Origin: Tricharina praecox
Taxonomy: Eukaryota
NCBI RefSeq assembly: GCF_024521635.1
Contig: NW_026250416.1
Location: forward strand, 620,001-684,000
Direction of reading: 5' to 3'
Length of the DNA stretch: 64,000 bases
Below the pieces are notes generated by a model, which was not told the origin of the DNA, made no database searches, and saw only the letters and a program-made list of their open reading frames with translations. The number at the start of each line of letters is the position of its first letter. Position 1 is the stretch's first letter. This document shows positions 35,526 to 49,261 of the stretch, in pieces. The position numbers were made by a program, and so were the translations under genes.

Positions 35526-38500
35526 ATACACGCAGCGAATATGACTGGTCTTCCCGGTGCCTGATCCTCCCGGGAGGTAGTACCATCCGCCATCCGCCAT
35601 CCGATCCGGACGGGAGTAAGTAGTACGACAGGAGTGGCAGCGGAATTGCGAGCACGGTGTACATATGTGATGTATTTACGGAGGTGAGCAGGCCTCAGGC
35701 CCCACTGCCTGGGGATACAACGAATCCCTGGCTCTGCCTGGGGAAACGAGACGAGAAATGGCATGTGCGTACAACCGGCCAATCTGATGGACTTGGCAAT
35801 GGCCACTGGCTACTACTATGCATTGTACACATAGATGTAGATTACCTAGCACCAATCGAAGCTGGCTCGAAGCAGTGCAATATATCCCCCCTCCCCTTCC
35901 CCGCGCAGTCCGGCCGGGAAAAGTAACAAGTAAAAAGGAAAAACGACGCCAACTCAGAATGTGAGCAAAACTCCAGAGCAAGTGTGCGATTGGGGAGGGA
36001 TGGGGGCGGGGGAGAAGTATAGTATGATGGGACGGTTTAATACCGCGTAGGCCGCGTAGGAGCTAACAAACTCTTCATCTGTTCATCTGCTCATATCTTC
36101 ATCTCTTCGGCTCCCAAAAACTTCAGATGACTTCAGATGACACGGATGGATGGAAGGCTTTTTCTTCTGGAGGGGGCTTGCATGAACGAGCTCGTTTGCG
36201 TGGCGGGGCGCAGGTGCAGATAATCCACCTACTCTACTCTACAGCTACCACCACGCAGCTGGCAGGCCAGGCGAGACCTGACCAGTCGCCACGATTTGGG
36301 ATCTGGGTACCTACCTGGAAGGCAGTGCTCATCAAACATCACATATACCCTGCCATATATAGTACATACAACCTAGGTACTCCCGGTCCGGTCCTGCCAC
36401 GCGCGCGCCGCCGTGCCCGCCGTTATGTCGATACATGCCTGCCTCGCTAATGGCAATGCTAAATTATGCTCCACTGTAACACTGGGCACTGGACACTGTC
36501 CGGCAGTTTGTTTATGCGGCGGTAGAGCCTCTGGACTCTGATCCACTCTCCTCCTCGTCCGCCTCCGAATCACCGTCCTCCTCGTTCTCCGCCCCCGCCT
36601 CCCGGTCCTCTTCCATGTAGGCCCGCGAGGAGGCCCGCGAGAATAGCTACAAGGCATGTCCGTATCTACTACTATACTACATATAGTATGTAGGCGGACC
36701 TGCGTGTCCTACCGTTGAGTGCACTAATGTAGGTACGGTATTTCAGTAGCTGCGATTGTTTTCTTCTTCACCGCGCAGTAGGTACTTCAACATCATGCTC
36801 GCAAAAAACAAAAACAAAATCCACCTCGATGCACTTCACTGCAGCCTGCCCGCCCGCCCGCATGTGTGTGTGCAGCTCGAGTTTATCCGTCGTCGTGACG
36901 ACCCACCATGCCAGCCAGCCAACCTCGCAGAACCCCCAGAACCTCGCAGAACCCCCAGAACCCCCAGAACCCCCAGAACCCCCAGAAAACCGGAATCCTC
37001 AGAAAAACCGGAATCTGCAGTGGGCAGTGGTGGGCACGGCATCTCCGGGCCGAAACACCGAACATCCACCTTCCCAGTTCCGTCCCTGAGATGAGACGAG
37101 ACCGAGATGGAACGAACGAACGCACTCACTCCCACTGCGCTGCAACTGCACTGTACTGCACTGTACTGCAGGCGCAGATGAGATTGGAGTTCGCTCGTCC
37201 GGTGTGGGGAGGGGGGGCGTGAGGTGTGTATGTGTGTATGTGTGTGTGTACGCGAGTATCGAGTATCGAGTATCGACGGACGTACGTCAGTGCTATTGTT
37301 GTTGCTGTTGCTGTTGCTGTGTCCGGCTTTTCTGCTCGGGAAGTCTGGTATCATACACACATACACACATTCGTTTTAAGCACCGCCGACGAGGGCTCCC
37401 ATGGGCCATGGTGCTGGAGTCCAGCTCGACCAATGGCCAAAAAAAAGGAAAGGAAAGGACCGGACCTCATTTCCCGTCGGTACTTTTTCCCCTTCTTTTT
37501 TTTTCTTCACGCAGCATGGAAGCCAGTGTGTAGTAGAGTAGAGTATCGGCGGCAGTGATCGTGGCCTCTCCCCCCACCCGGAGGGATATCCACCAAGGCA
37601 ATTGTGAGGCCGGGGGCGCAATGTTCGTCCGAAGTATGATATGTATCAAAGTATGCACATACAAATCTACGTATTGCCCACCGCCCACCACGGCCTGCAG
37701 ACTCCACTCCCTCCAGCTCCAGAGTATGTATCGTGCTATGCAAATATGTATGCAAATATGTATGCAAATATGTATGCACGTGTAGAGTGAGTATCCGAAG
37801 CCCCGCCTCATGCCTGCCCTCGATGCCTGCCTGTCTCGCCTGCCCGGAGCCTTGGCAAAACTTCCTCCAAAAAATATAGCCAGCTGCGCGCTGCAGACTG
37901 CAGTAAGCACTTGATATCATGTATCTGCTTGATGTACATGATCATCCCCCGCCCGTTTTTCCTTTTCTTTTCTTTTGGATCTGCGCCTGCCAGGGCGCGC
38001 GCACCGCATGGATCCAATTAAGCTCCGGTCCGAAGTAAAATGCGGGGGGAAGGGGGGAAGGGGGGAAGGGGGGAAGGGGCGAGCTCGGCGGATGGCGATG
38101 GGCAGGGCGCGGCGGAAAGGGAGGGGGAGGGGGAGGGGGAGGGGCTGGGTCATTACAACCTTGCAAGAAGCAGGAACTAACCAACCCACGTACTGTGCAC
38201 CTGCGGACAAGTTCTAACCGCTGAATACTCCCAGGCTCACGGCGGAATGATTGTTTGCCCATCGTCCATCGCAAAAGCACGAGCACGAGCACGAGCACGC
38301 CAGCACTGGGTAAACGGTACTAGTTCACGAGCGTTGCACCACGGCGGTTGTTACGGCGGCGGCGGCGGTGGTGGCCAGCTCATATCGGCGGATCAATTAT
38401 CACTATCGGACGCCTTTTTTTATAATAATAGTAAGCGTCGACTCGGTGCTATTCTACCAGTGCGATATATGTAAATACATCGTGCATCGCAGTATCGTAC

Positions 38501-40438
38501 ACGGGGTCGGCGAGAGCGGGCGGACAAGCGATGCATTATTCTGGAGTCTGGAGTCTGGACATAGCCATATACTATCGCGGATTATATGAACCGCCACCCC
38601 TGCCTTGCTTCGCACTGCACTGTACAGCGAGAGCCGGCTACCGTTCGCAACGTAGGTGGTATATACTCGGCCTACAGAGGCTGAGAAAAAAATCATAATT
38701 ACACACCCTCCTCGTTCACTCGGAGCGAGAAAGAGAGAGAGAGAGAGAGACTGCGGAAAATCCCTTTCGGACGAAGCTGCCTGCACACGAACTCGTGCCA
38801 CCCACCGTGGAAGGGGGCGCGGGGGCGGGGCATGCGTGGTGGGTTATGCGTGGTGGATTATGCATGCACCGCGGTGATACATGATTATCGCTTCCGCAGC
38901 GTTTCGTTTCCGCAGCTAGGCACATAAGCACGTAGGCCCGTAGGTGTGTAGGCACGCAGTTACGCAGGTACACAGGCACGCAGGTGTAGGTATCTCCAAC
39001 ATCAGCAGCAGCAGCAGCGGCAGCACGGAGCGAACATGCGCCGATGCTCCACGAAGTAGGAGCGACTTCCACTACCAACGAGCGTGCAGATCCGTATTTC
39101 CCAGCTTGGCTTCTGGGTATTCCCCCCCGCGATATACGATATACTGCAGATCCGTATTCCCCACCTTGGCTTCCCCAGGGCTTTGATCCCCCGCAAGAAC
39201 TGCGTACCGCGTACCGGGTTCTCGCTCCTGAATTTCCGTTCGCGAGCTTTGAACATGCGAGGAACTCCACTTTCCCTCGTTCGCTTCTCGGGCTCCTGGA
39301 GGTGTGGTATGTGTGTATGTGTGAACTCCCTACGCGGTGGTGAGGAGCAGGAATCGAGGCAGGTAGACAGTCAGCCAGCCAACCAGCCAGTGGGTAGCGA
39401 CGACGGCGGTGGCGGTGGCTATGGCGGGCTCGTCAGCGCATTAGTGACGTCTACGGAACACTTGATGAACCACCAACTCCGTAGACCAGGGGAAGGATTC
39501 TGTGCTTCCGTTTCCTCTCTATTCGTCACGACCGTCACTCGAGTGAGGCCCACGACACGGACTGTCTGGATAGAGTCGTGCCTGCCGTCTGGACGCCCCG
39601 CTATAGCAGAGGCAGCGATCGTGAGGAACGAGTGTAGCGAAGTCTCATGAAATCGCACTCGCTGTACGAATAATAATTCGTGATGCTGTCTCCGAGGCTC
39701 TCCATCCGAATCGATTGTGATTGGAGGGCCGGTAGTTGCCGGAGCGTGGCTATGCTGAACGAGACATTGCAAAAGGTCTTGGGAGTGTTCTGGGGCTTTC
39801 GGCTTCGGTGGCATCGCGGAATCATCGCGGAATCACTAGCTTTGCGTTTCGAGTGTTCAAACTTCAAGAAGCAGATTGTATGTACCTACATACGAACAGA
39901 GCGAGTTCAGAGCCTTCAGTAATCTTAACACAGTGCTCGATAAGATTCAGAGGATTATCTATGTAGTGGTGGATCAACCCCGGCGCCAGCCTTCAGGAAA
40001 AGTGCCTCGGAACGCTGTCAAAAACACACATGTCCCGAACCGAACAAACCGCGATGATTGAGTGACACTGCACACAACTATCCAGGAGGTACATGGCAGT
40101 TTCTAAACACAATCTCGTACTTGCACAGAGAAGCTGGCATCAATCCCGAAATTGAAGCCTTCCACAGTATCTCACTCGATACGCTAACCGCCGGCATCTG
40201 ACCGACCGACCTCTATTGGCCGGGGGAACCATGACGCGGATCCACACCGGCTCGGCTGACTCGCAGGCCTGTCACACGTGATGACCGTCGTGCCTCGGCA
40301 TCCCGTCGGGGTTTGTGAATTGGATGACGTGCCCTGATCCGCAGATCCTCAAATTGGCCCATATAAGGCACGTAGGTATTGCACGTACCGGGAATCCCCC
40401 ACCACCTAACCAGACCAAACCAAATCAAACTCGCCACC

Positions 40439-41492
40439 ATGTCTGCTCCAAAGATCATTCTCTACCACTATGTACGTAGTACCTCCCCGCGCCTCCCTTC
40501 CCGTATCACCCGCTAACACTGCCCAAACACAGTCCTACTCCCCCTACGCGCACAAAATATCATACTACCTAACCCTGCGCGCCCTTCCCTTCTCTCAATG
40601 CCCGCAGCCGCCAATCATGCCCCGTGCAGACCTATCACTCCTAGGAGTAACCTACCGGCGCATCCCGGTCGTCGCACTGGACAACCGTATCCTCCTCAAC
40701 ACCTCATTAATCCTATCCACGCTCGAGACTGCATTCCCCACTGGTGCACTAGGCGGCGGGGAGGCCGCGGCGGAATGGACCCGTTGGAGCGACAAGCTCT
40801 TCCGGTCGGCGGCGGCGTGCATTCCCACGGGCCTGCCGGCGATGAAGAACCCCGCGTTCCTGCGGGATCGCGCGGATTTCAGCGGTGGTGCTATGAACCC
40901 CGAGGTTATCGATGCTAATCGCCCCCGCGCTCTGATGGGCGTGCAGATGGGCTTTGAGCACACAGAGGAGAAGCTGCGGGATGGAAGGAAGTGGATCCTC
41001 GATGGCTACGAGGTGTCGTTGGCGGATATCAACGGTTTGCTCTTCCCCCTCCCCCCCCCCCCCCCCCCCCGATGTGTCGAGGCGTGCTGACAGATGCCGT
41101 ACCCAGCCGTGTGGGTCCTAGACTGGATGCTGACGCTCCCCGGCGCGCTGGAGGGCTCAGAGATCTCGGCGGAGAAGTATCCGCTGACGTACGCGTGGGT
41201 TGCGCGGTTCATGGCGCGGATGGGGCCCGTAGCCAGGGGGACCATCGTTTCCGGTGCGGAAGCGAAGGAGATGATCCTGGCCGGCGGCGGAGCTCCCGGG
41301 AGTGGCGAGGAGGTCAAGGTCGTGCCCGTCGATACCGGGAGGAGTCATCCCCAGGTGGGACGCTTAGTGAGAAGGGACGCAGACACGGTCACGCTGGAGG
41401 TCACACCGCCCGGGGAGAACAGGACGGTTCTGTTGGTGGTGCCGATAGAAGGGTTTGAGTTTGAGAAAGTAGAGACGGGGGCGAGACTTTAG
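40439..41492 (+). CDS. Glutathione S-transferase family protein (GST N-terminal domain), 3 exons
   Basis: MSAPKIILYHY^SYSPYAHKISYYLTLR...QPPIMPRADLSLLGVTYRRIPV; WILDGYEVSLADIN^AVWVLDW; VVPVDTGRSHPQVGRL. Introns at 40472-40532 and 41035-41106. Confidence 0.9.
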
Positions 41493-41728
41493 TTAATCAG
41501 ATGGCTTGATCATTCGAAGGAGATAACTCCGTTGTCTATTCTGTAACTATTAAACAAGCCGAAAAGACATAAAACGGATGGCGGATCATTCGAAGGAGCT
41601 AACCTTCATCGTATAGCTGTTCTATGTAGGTAAGTACTTGTACAGTATCTATAATTACAAGCCGAAAAGGCAGAAACCCAGATTGCGAGACATTTTCGAG
41701 CCGCAACAATCCCTCTGCAATCCTCCCC

Positions 41729-43806
41729 CTACTTCTCCATATACCACGCCAGGTTACCCCCCTCCTTCTCCCTTTTCGTAAACCCATCGCCAAAGAACCT
41801 GAACCTATTCGCCGAGCGATATTCAATGTTGAAATCCTCGCCGCGCACATCCTGAGTGAACTCCCTGTGGTGGATCTGCGAGCCAGGATACATCGCCGTC
41901 ACGGGGCCGTCGGTCTGGTGGTTCTTGTACCAAGAGCTGCAGCTACCGGACCAGCTCGTCCTCTTGAGGAATCTATGAAATATGTTAGTAGGACCGGGGC
42001 CAGGATACGGGGCAGAGAAGAGGGGGGTACTCTTGGGCGTAAACGTTCCAGTCAGATACGACTTCGGGTTTGACGGTGGCCGTGCTACGACTGTTAGAGG
42101 GGAGCATATCATCAAATCCGCGGGGGAGACGTACCGAATATCCTCTCTAGCGATCTTGCTCACCCACTTGCAGACATAATCCGCCACATCCGACATGACC
42201 GGGAGGAGACCTCCATGCGAGACCGGCGCATTGGGGCCGCCGAACTTGAAGTAATTCGGCATGTACGGAGCACAGATACCCAGGTAGCCCTCAGGAACGT
42301 GCTCCCACATCTTCTCGAGGGACTTCCCATCCTTCCCGCTAGTCCTCCAACGTGGCCGGCCGGAGACGTCGAAGCCGGTAGCACAGATGATCGCATCGAG
42401 CTTCATGAAAATGCCGCTCTCCAGCAGCAATCCGTTCTCTTTGATCTCCTTGATTTTGTCGAAGATGGGAGTGCAATTGGGCTCCTGAATAGCCTCGAGA
42501 TACCCGGGCCCTGGGGTGAGACGGCGGCAGCCGATGTCGAAGCTGGGAGTCATTGCTTTCAACAGCTCAGGGTTGCCTTTAAGCTTCCGGGCCATGTCCT
42601 TGCGAGTGTGATGGAGAAGCGCAGCCTGCATCTTGCTGCCCTTGAAGTACATCTCGAGACCGCGGTCGAACCTATTCTCCATATCGCGGCGGTAGTCGCG
42701 GAGCGCGATGGGGTCGCTGGCGAAGAGAGATTTTTGCGCCTCCGAGTCTATCTAAACATCAGTATGTGCAGCTGTGTGAGGAGTGATGGAGAAATACACT
42801 CAAAATTCTGCCCGTCCTTGGTCGGTGTCAAGTGTGCAAGGTTGCCCACGGTGATCCAGGTGGGCGAACGAATAAAATTGTAGACATGCCCCGAATCACC
42901 AACCGTCTTCTGCATGGGTGGCAGGACCTGTATTCCCGAGGAACCATTCCCAATGATGCCCACTTTTTTCCCTACATAATCGTAAGACGAGTCCCAACGA
43001 GCCGTATGGACCAGATGTCCTTTAAACGCATCGATGCCGGGGATCTCTGGCATGATTGCGTGACTGTTCTGACGTCAGTTCATTGTCGTTCCAATTCTGG
43101 GGAAGATTGAACGTACTGTAAGACACCAGTGCAATCGACAAAGATATCACACTCATCTTCAAACACCTCCCCAGTCTGGGTGTTCTCCACCTTCAACCGC
43201 CATTTTCCCGCAGGATCGTCCCAGATCGTCTCGGTCACCCTCGAATGAAACGTTATGTTCTTGGCCAGGTCGTACTTTGCCGCTGTGCGTTCGATGTATT
43301 CACGGATCTCATGACCGGGGGCGTAGAACTTGCTCCAGTTTGGGTTCGGTTCGAAAAGGAAGCAGTAGATATGCTGTCACCACCGACATGTCTATCAGCA
43401 GTGATGCTTCAGAACTTCACAGCAGAGAGAACCGTGTACATACCGCGGGGACGTCACACGCAACACCTGGGTACGTATTCTCCAGCCACGTGCCGGCCAC
43501 CTTGTCATTCTTCTCATAGATCCTATGCTCCACAAAGTCCTCCATCTTGTACTCATGCTGTATCTTATGGACCAACGTCAACCCGGAGAATCCGGAACCA
43601 ACACTGACAACTCGGAGCTTGCGTGGGGTGTAGAGAGGTTGCTCGAGAAGCGGAACCCAGTTGTCTGGCTTTGGCTTCTTGGGGGCTCCGATTATATCGA
43701 TGACTTGCTGAAGACGCCGGGTGGCAACGGAGGATGTGGAGGATGGGGGGGAGGATGAGGAGGATGAGGGGGGGCAGGAGGGGGAGGAAGAGGATGTGTC
43801 AGACAT
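41729..43806 (-). CDS. FAD/NADPH-dependent monooxygenase, Baeyer-Villiger type (StcW-like family), multi-exon
   Basis: Rossmann motif VGSGFSG; GTWLENTYPGVACDVPA; BVMO fingerprint FKGHLVHTARWD; second Rossmann motif IIGNGSSGIQ; GCRRLTPGPGYL; ICATGFD; WSGSCSSWYKN. Confidence 0.93.
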
Positions 43807-44603
43807 GACAAGAAAAGCAATAGGATATTTAGAGATTATATTTGATGATAAACAAAGTACTAGGTATAATATATTGTTGGTATTCAGTAGCAGCTATCGT
43901 ATTGAGAGGAGAGTCAAAATTGTAGAGGAGTATCGAGGGGAGAGTCAATATTGTAGAGGGGTATCGAGGGGAGAGGGGAGAGGGTAGAGTTAAGATTATA
44001 GAGGGATGTCGAAGGTAGACGAGGAAGGGAAGCACTTCTTTTATGGGCCATGTCCGACGTTGTTTGTATGCCAAACGTTTATTATGGTGCTTGGTAACGT
44101 AACACTGCCGGTGCGAGCTAATCGGGGCAACCGGACTGCCGGGCGGCCTGTAAACTAACTGCATACATATCTCGTCATGGCCGGCAGTACTCTACACAAC
44201 ATCAATCTTCTACCTTCCCCTTCACCGAGCATAAACTTTTGATGCAAGGTAGGTATTTTGGATTGGTACATAGCTCCTCTCTAAAACTGGCAGCTCGAGA
44301 AAAACCAAGGTCCGCCTTGTCGACAGATCTGAAAGTCTCGGTAAAATGTGTACTAAAACTGCGGGTATGTACCTACGGCTCGGCTTTTCCAGCGGTCTCC
44401 ACAGAACGTAGAGTGCGCATATACGGTATGTACAAGAGGAGGATCTCGGGACAGCTGAATTACTCTAAAGTCTATGCTCACTCAGGACATATATCCATAG
44501 AACCCATGACATATATCCATATAGAACCCAGGACATATGTATATCTATAGGACCCATCTGCAAGGCGCCAGCAATCGATGCCAGGTATCTAACGTACATA
44601 CTA

Positions 44604-45732
44604 CTAGTAAATATGGTTGGGGACATCTAGTGCCGGAGTAAGTGGACATTCGGATTGGGGGGAATTGAATCCAAATACGGTAATATATCAGCATTTATTA
44701 AATTTATTTAATATGTTTTTTTATGCTCCATGACCTCGCAGGGACCGAAAATCATAATATCTCGGCCAGTTCTTGCCCGTTTTCTTCCATAAAACACTCC
44801 TCTGGATCACATGAGCACGCTCCTTCCATCGGTTCCATTCTTCCACAGGTCTGTCACCATTGACCGCGCTTCCGCAGCCCGCAGCCCGCTCCGGAGCTCC
44901 AGAGCTTCAGCGCTCCACAGCCCCACCGGGAACGAAAATCACAATTTCTCCCCCAGTTCTTGCCCATTTTCCAATGTGCAGATATACAAAGCTCATCAAC
45001 AGGTTAGCGATAAGCTGGAATTGTAGCTAATTTGTAGGTAATTGTTTTCCATTTATGTACATAATATTCTTTGTCACAACAATTAGCCACCATATTGTGC
45101 TGCCAAGACGTCCTGATCAGGTAATCAGGCGTGCCAAGTCTTTCTAATCGGGAACTCAGCCGTGCTAAGACTGGGCTGTGGCAGCCTTGCCCCTGGACAT
45201 TCCCGGGGCCCCCCCATACTAAATCATTTATCGTCTATTTGTTTTGGTTTTTGGTTGCCACTCATCCACGCCCTTTAAAAAAAATCTGGCTCTTTAGAAA
45301 TTATCTCCTTCCTCTTCTCTATCGCTGTAAAGAGTTGTTTTTTCAAAACTAGGTTGTTGTGAACTAACCGAACGTCAAAAGTGGGAGTGAAAACACTCCG
45401 GGTCTAGACGTCCCCAACCATATCGAAAACTTGGACACCTAGAACCCTAACCCTCCGGCACCATACCAAATCTCATGGCTGGGAGAATGGGCTCCGGAGA
45501 CCGCAGTCAACCTACAGAACGGTTGTGGTTATCCAACTACAGCCAAGTGAAGTTTTATTCAGTACAAAAGAACACTCATTACATGAAGATAAAAAATGCG
45601 CCCAGTATTTAGATACCAGCAGTCGTGAGCGGTCAACTGCCAGTCTGCCATCTCCTCACTCTCTTCGCGGATTTTGGTGTGGTGCCCGTGGGTTAGGGTT
45701 TTAGGTGTCCACAAGTTTTTGATATTTACTAG
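44604..45732. mobile_element. Older ~320-bp TA-flanked MITE with ~60-bp TIRs, interrupted by a nested element
   Basis: The left TIR is split into CTAGTAAATA (44604-44613) and TCGAAAACTTGGACACCTAGAACCCTAACCCTCCGGCACCATACCAAATC (45423-45472). Together these match the reverse complement of 45670-45732. TA lies at both outer ends. Confidence 0.8.
44614..45420. mobile_element. Nested 807-bp non-autonomous TIR element with TA target-site duplication
   Basis: TGGTTGGGGACATCTAGTGCCGGAGT at 44614 versus the reverse complement of 45395-45420, TGGTTGGGGACGTCTAGACCCGGAGT (23/26 identical). TA at 44612-44613 and 45421-45422. Confidence 0.85.
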
Positions 45733-46371
45733 TACATAGTAGAGTACAGTTCCGTCCGCTGCTTGAGTACCTAAGGTAGGTAGGCGGGCAGGCGGGTATG
45801 TAGGTATTGCAGATTTGCAGTTTACGGCATTTCCATATTTACCCATTTAATACATACAGTCCCGTCACGGCAAAAGTTGATGCGGCAATTGCGTTGCTTT
45901 GCACGCAGTACGCTCGACGGTTACTTACTTCGCGCCTATTTCCATCCGGTGGGTACAGTCCACTGCAGGATATACTATGTACTTGTGTAGATCGGCTTAC
46001 GTGTGCGGGTAAGCGACCTAACGAGGAAGGAGATTCATCGCGCAAATATCGATATTCTCTGCTGGGTAAATGATTGCATATACGGTGGAGACAGCTTTTT
46101 GTTGGGATGCGCGTTCGCGGCGCGCGCTCGTGAAGTCTGACGGGTAGTTGGTCGGGATGCTAGGTGTAGGATGATGTGGAGTGTACTCTAGAAGCATGGT
46201 GAATTGGACTACCTACATTGTGGATCGATGAAATAAATACCCTTGGCTCGTGTATGCAATAGCCAAAAGTACAGTGCAATCTTATATGTATCGTCTTGCA
46301 GAAAGATGATAACCCTATTTGATTCTAACAACTCCCGTGCATCCTAGATCCTCGTCTTCATACTACTAGTA

Positions 46372-48300
46372 CTACCTCTTGCGCTCCTTCGTAAGATCCT
46401 CAGAAAACCCAGAGCCCTCCGACAACAGGATGACACTGCAAACCGCCGGCTGAAGCCCTCTATCCGCCACAACCCTCTTCAGCAATGGATCATTCGCGAG
46501 CGCCGGAGAGCTCCCCAGCTTCTTCGCGGAGCTTGCTTTCACCGCGACGGGCACATCACAGCACGAGCGCAATTGAGCATCTCCTAGGAATGCCTCCCGC
46601 GTGTTCCTTCTATCGTCCAGGACGACGGACGCAAGCTTGGCCTTTTTGCTTTGGGTGTGAGCAATGAACGTCCCAATGCTTCCGTCTGTGGTGATGTAGT
46701 AGACAAACACGTCCTTTTTCCGGCCGAGACGATGGCTCCTTTCCGTCGCTTTCTGGTTGTGCAGAGGTTAGTAAGTACTGTCAAGGATGATCACGCGGTT
46801 GGTAGCGGTGAGGAGGCCAATCCCCTGTCCGGCTGTCGTGGAGGAGAGGAGATAGACGTCTGTGGTTCATTTGTTGAAATGCGCGATGTCGTGGCGACGC
46901 GTCTGCTCCTTGGTCGAGCCGTCAATGCGCAAGAATGAGAAGTTTGTACGCCGGTAGAGGACGTATTGGATGTAGTCTAGTGTGGTAATGTAGTTGCTGA
47001 AGACGAGGACATGGTCGTTGACGTCTTTGCTGTGTTTGATCGAGAGGAGGACAAGCATTTTGTTGCTGTACGCGGGAGAGAGGAGATCTGATTTCCCGGC
47101 GTATATGGGTTCGAGACACATGTCGTCATTGTCCGGAAGATTTGCATCGCGCTGGTACTGATCAGAAAACTCATCCAGCTCTCTAATCCCAGAGTACTTC
47201 CGCCAGTAGAACCCATTCTTCCATGCCTGCGGGTGACAGCAAAGAGCACAGAGGTGATGAAACATCCTTAGGTCCTGACGGGACCCCTCTTTGTTTGCTA
47301 GATTGGATCCCGACTGATTTTGGCTGTCACGGCGGACGATCCGGTTATAGATCTCGAATTGTAGCGGCGTCAACGGAACCCAAATTTGAAACTCCGTTTT
47401 GCTTTCCAATAGCTTTTCGGCCGCCGTCATGCCCAATCTGTGAGTGATATTTCCACGACTTTCAGCATCCGCTCGTCGAAGTCGGGTATTGTCTTGCTGT
47501 TTATCAGCTCGATTTTGTGGCGGTCCTCTATTGACAGCCATTTCAAGATCGCTAGGTACTCCTCGAGTGTATTCAGGAGTGGCGTACCCGACAAGGCAAT
47601 CCGGTAGAGTGTTTTTATCGACGCAATCGCCCGTGCCAGATTCCCCTCTTTGTTTCGGAAGGTATGGGCCTCATCCGCCACGACGACACTAGGGCCCTTC
47701 AATAGAATCCTCTCCATCTCCTTCGCACACTGCTTTCGCTCATCCTCACTACCCAAGTTTTTGGATCCCATAGCTCATAAATCATTCACGAAAGCGCGAT
47801 AGCCCAATAGCAAGATCCCGCCGTTCTGATGCCATTTATTGCACACACCTTGTCGGCGATGGCGTTCAGAGTCAACATAAACTTCGTCAAAGAACTTCAG
47901 CTGCTGCGGCCATTCGGAAAACCTCTCGCGCCACTTTTGGAATTTCGCGAGCCAGTTGTTCACCAGACCTCCTGGCATGAGGATGAGCACGCGGTTCGAT
48001 GCGAATCGCTTCATCAGACGTGGATCGTCGAGCGTAGACCGACGTAAACAGTGCAGGAATACGATAACCTGCAGTGTCTTGTCAAGTCCCATGGAGTGCG
48101 CAAGAAGTGCACCTGCCCAGCCAAGGACCAGCCGCTGCCAGAGGTGCTTGATGCCATCGATTTGGTGCCGGTTTAGTATGCGCTTATACTCGGGGTCAAT
48201 TCGGAGGATCAGTGGGGGGGAAACGACCGGGAGAATCCCTATGAACGGTAGCGCGGAAGGACGCCGGCGACGCTTTCGCGCTATGGGGGCGTTGACTAGC
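46372..48300 (-). pseudogene. SNF2-family (ATRX/RAD54-like) helicase pseudogene
   Basis: LNRHQIDGIKHLW (Q motif), GALLAHSMGLDKTLQ (Walker A with G to D change), VVADEAH, IALSGTPLLN, VLVFSNYITTLD, RIDGST, RVIILD and QKATERSHRLGR. In-frame stops at ~47775, ~46867 and ~46768, and a frameshift at ~47450. Confidence 0.88.
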
Positions 48301-49261
48301 TCCTTGTCCGGAATGGAAGGTTGTTCCGTCGGGCTGAACAGTCGGTGGAGTCAGTAGGAGTAGAATGTAACGAGTTAGTGAGAGGGTACCTGTCCATGCT
48401 GCAAGCGTCTTTAGCCATTTATGGAGATGGCAGCAGATCAGTATCCATGTGGAAAAGCAAAACATTTTGTGTAATCAAGAACTTCCTATTATATACGGCT
48501 TCAGCTTTCCAGCGCCCCCAAGGCAACAGGCGTGATCGACGGAAGGAGAAGATTCCATGGCGACAATGGTCTTCCATGGTTGACTGTTCGAACATGCTCG
48601 GCGTATGGAGTGATTGTGTACCGGTAGCGGGGCCGAACTGCGCGGAATACCACATGCCCGTAAATAAAAATACAAAAGATAGCCGAAGGGAAAATGCAGG
48701 TACATATGTAGTATTTGGTAGAGGGCCTATCGGTTCCAGGTTCTTGACGAAGTGTTTTACCGCGGCACCCGTTCGTTCTTTTCTGCAATTCGCCTTCGCG
48801 TCCGAACCCACTGGCACCAACATCCTCGCTCGCCGTCTGTTCTGCCTAACGCGTCCAGTAACATCATGTCACCCGCCGAAAGGGCTAGGAAGGCTACGAA
48901 CAGCAGGAATATGAACTGTTCTGTACCCGTGAGAGAGAGGCGTGGATGCGTAGATCGTGGATGCGTAGTGGGGGTGCGCACGACAGCGAGTTCACCGGCC
49001 GATTGATGATTTCGCGTTGGGGCGGTGAGGCAGCGAGAATGGACTCTGAGCACGAATTGCAAAATAATGTTAGAATGAATAGCTCTTCGAGTGGGGAATG
49101 GTGAGTGCGAAGCCTAGGGTGATGCGTTTGACTAGGTTGACAGAAAATGGTGGGGCTAGGAATCTGAGGTCGCACGACGGGTATGGCCGATCGATTTGGT
49201 CTTATCTTATCAGAAGTCGATCCTTTCCCTCCACCGTCAAATCCTCGCGACACCAACCACG

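Noticed and set aside
39085-39175. Imperfect 29-bp direct repeat with 60-bp period (TGCAGATCCGTATT.CCCA.CTTGGCTTC)
   Set aside because: Only two copies; a simple local duplication, not an array.
45440-45705. AACCCTAACCC / GGGTTAGGGTT as an interstitial telomere
   Set aside because: Fewer than two full units, and explained as part of the MITE TIRs.
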